Source of the DNA: Cetorhinus maximus
Lineage: Eukaryota
Direction: 5' to 3'
DNA: 64,000 bases
Assembly: GCF_964194155.1 (NCBI RefSeq)
Contig: NC_135884.1
Span: 143,592,001-143,656,000 of the forward strand
This document shows positions 62,783 through 64,000 of the stretch, piece after piece. Position 1 is the stretch's first letter. Each line of letters starts with the position of its first letter. Both the position numbers and the translations under genes were made by a program. The notes beneath the pieces are model-generated. The model saw only the letters and a list, made by a program, of their open reading frames with translations. It was not told the origin of the DNA and ran no database searches.

Positions 62783-64000
62783 AAGATCATAAAACGTAGG
62801 AGCAGAAGTAGGCCATTTGGCCTATCGATTCTGCTCCGCCATTCAATGAGATCATGGCTGACCTGATAATCCTCAGCTCCACTTTCCTGCCTTTTCCCCA
62901 TAGCCCTTGATTCCTTTACTGATTAAAAATCTGTCTATCTCAGCCTTGAATTTACTTAACGACCCAGCCTCTGCAGCCCTCTGTAAAAAATTCCACAGAT
63001 TGACTACCCTCTGAGAGAAGAAATTCCTCCTCATCTCTGTTTTAAATGGATGCCCCAATACTCTGAGATTATGCCCTCTGGTCCTAGACTCTCCCACAAG
63101 GGGAAACAACCCCTCAACATCTACCCTGTCAAGCCCCCTAAGAATCTTATATGTTTCAATAAGATTGCCTCTCATTCTTCTAAATTCCAATGAGTACAGG
63201 TCCAACCTACTCAACCTCTCCTCATAAGAAAACTCCTCCATCCCCAGGATCAACCTAGTGAACCTTCTCTGGACTGCCTCCAATGCCAAAACATCTTCCC
63301 TTAGGTAAGGGGACGAAAACTGTTCACAGTATTCTAGGTGTGGTCTAACTAGTGCCTTGTATAGTTTTAGCAAGACTTCCCTATTTTTCTACTCCATTCC
63401 CTTTGAAATAAAGGCCAACATTCCATTTGCCTTCCCTATTACCTGTTGAACTTGTATGTTAGCTTTTTCGGATTTATGCACACGGACTCCCAGATCCCTC
63501 TCTGCTGCAGCATTCTGCAGTCTTTCTCCAATTAAATAATATTCAGTTCCTCTATTCTTCCTGTCAAAGTGCATAACCTCACATTTTCCCACATTATATT
63601 CCATCTGCCAAGTTTTTGCCCACTCACTTAATCTGTCTATATCCCTCTGTGGACTCCTTGTGTCATCCTCACCATTTGCCTCCCCACCTATTTTTGTGTC
63701 ATTCGCAAACTTGGCGATAGTACATTCACTTCCCTCATCTAAGTCATTAATATATCTTGTAAAGAATTGAGGCACCAGCGCTGATCCCTGTGGCACTCCA
63801 CTAGTTACAGGTTGCCATCCGAAAATGCCCCCTTATCCCAACTCTCTGTCTTCTATTAGTTAGCCAATCCTCTATCCATGCTAATATAGTACCCCCAACA
63901 CCATAGGCTCTTATCTTATTAAGTAGCTTTATGTGCGGTACCTTATCGAACGCCTTTTGGAAATTCAAATATGTTATATGTATTGGTTCCTCTTTATCTA
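62783..64000 (-). mobile_element. CR1 LINE 3' part, runs off the window end
   Basis: ORFs 63389-63796 and 62873-63373 ([38 protein letters not shown]); CR1 3' UTR. Confidence 0.93.

Overview
Vertebrate nuclear DNA, very likely a cartilaginous fish (shark): it carries SacSINE1-like DeuSINEs, dense CR1 LINEs and Neptune-type Penelope elements. Most of the window appears to be intron of WWOX on the + strand. The only host coding exon I can support is the 107-bp WWOX exon 5 equivalent at 58388-58494. Two ribosomal-protein retrocopies (MRPL51 and an RPLP1/RPLP2 3' fragment) lie just upstream of it. The rest is mostly decayed CR1, L2 and RTE LINEs, SINEs, Harbinger-like MITEs, a pogo/Tc2 remnant and possible solo LTRs. 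The most striking structure is a Penelope-like family whose 3' repeat carries a minimal hammerhead ribozyme. It is inserted four times as fold-back palindromes (about 0.24-2.5 kb, 13-14 bp TSDs) and also as about 100-bp ribozyme-only mini-insertions. The junction geometry suggests cDNA snap-back synthesis. A local 365-bp duplicate preserves the empty site of the largest palindrome. All family assignments are from motif recognition by eye, with no database search, and boundaries of old repeats are approximate.
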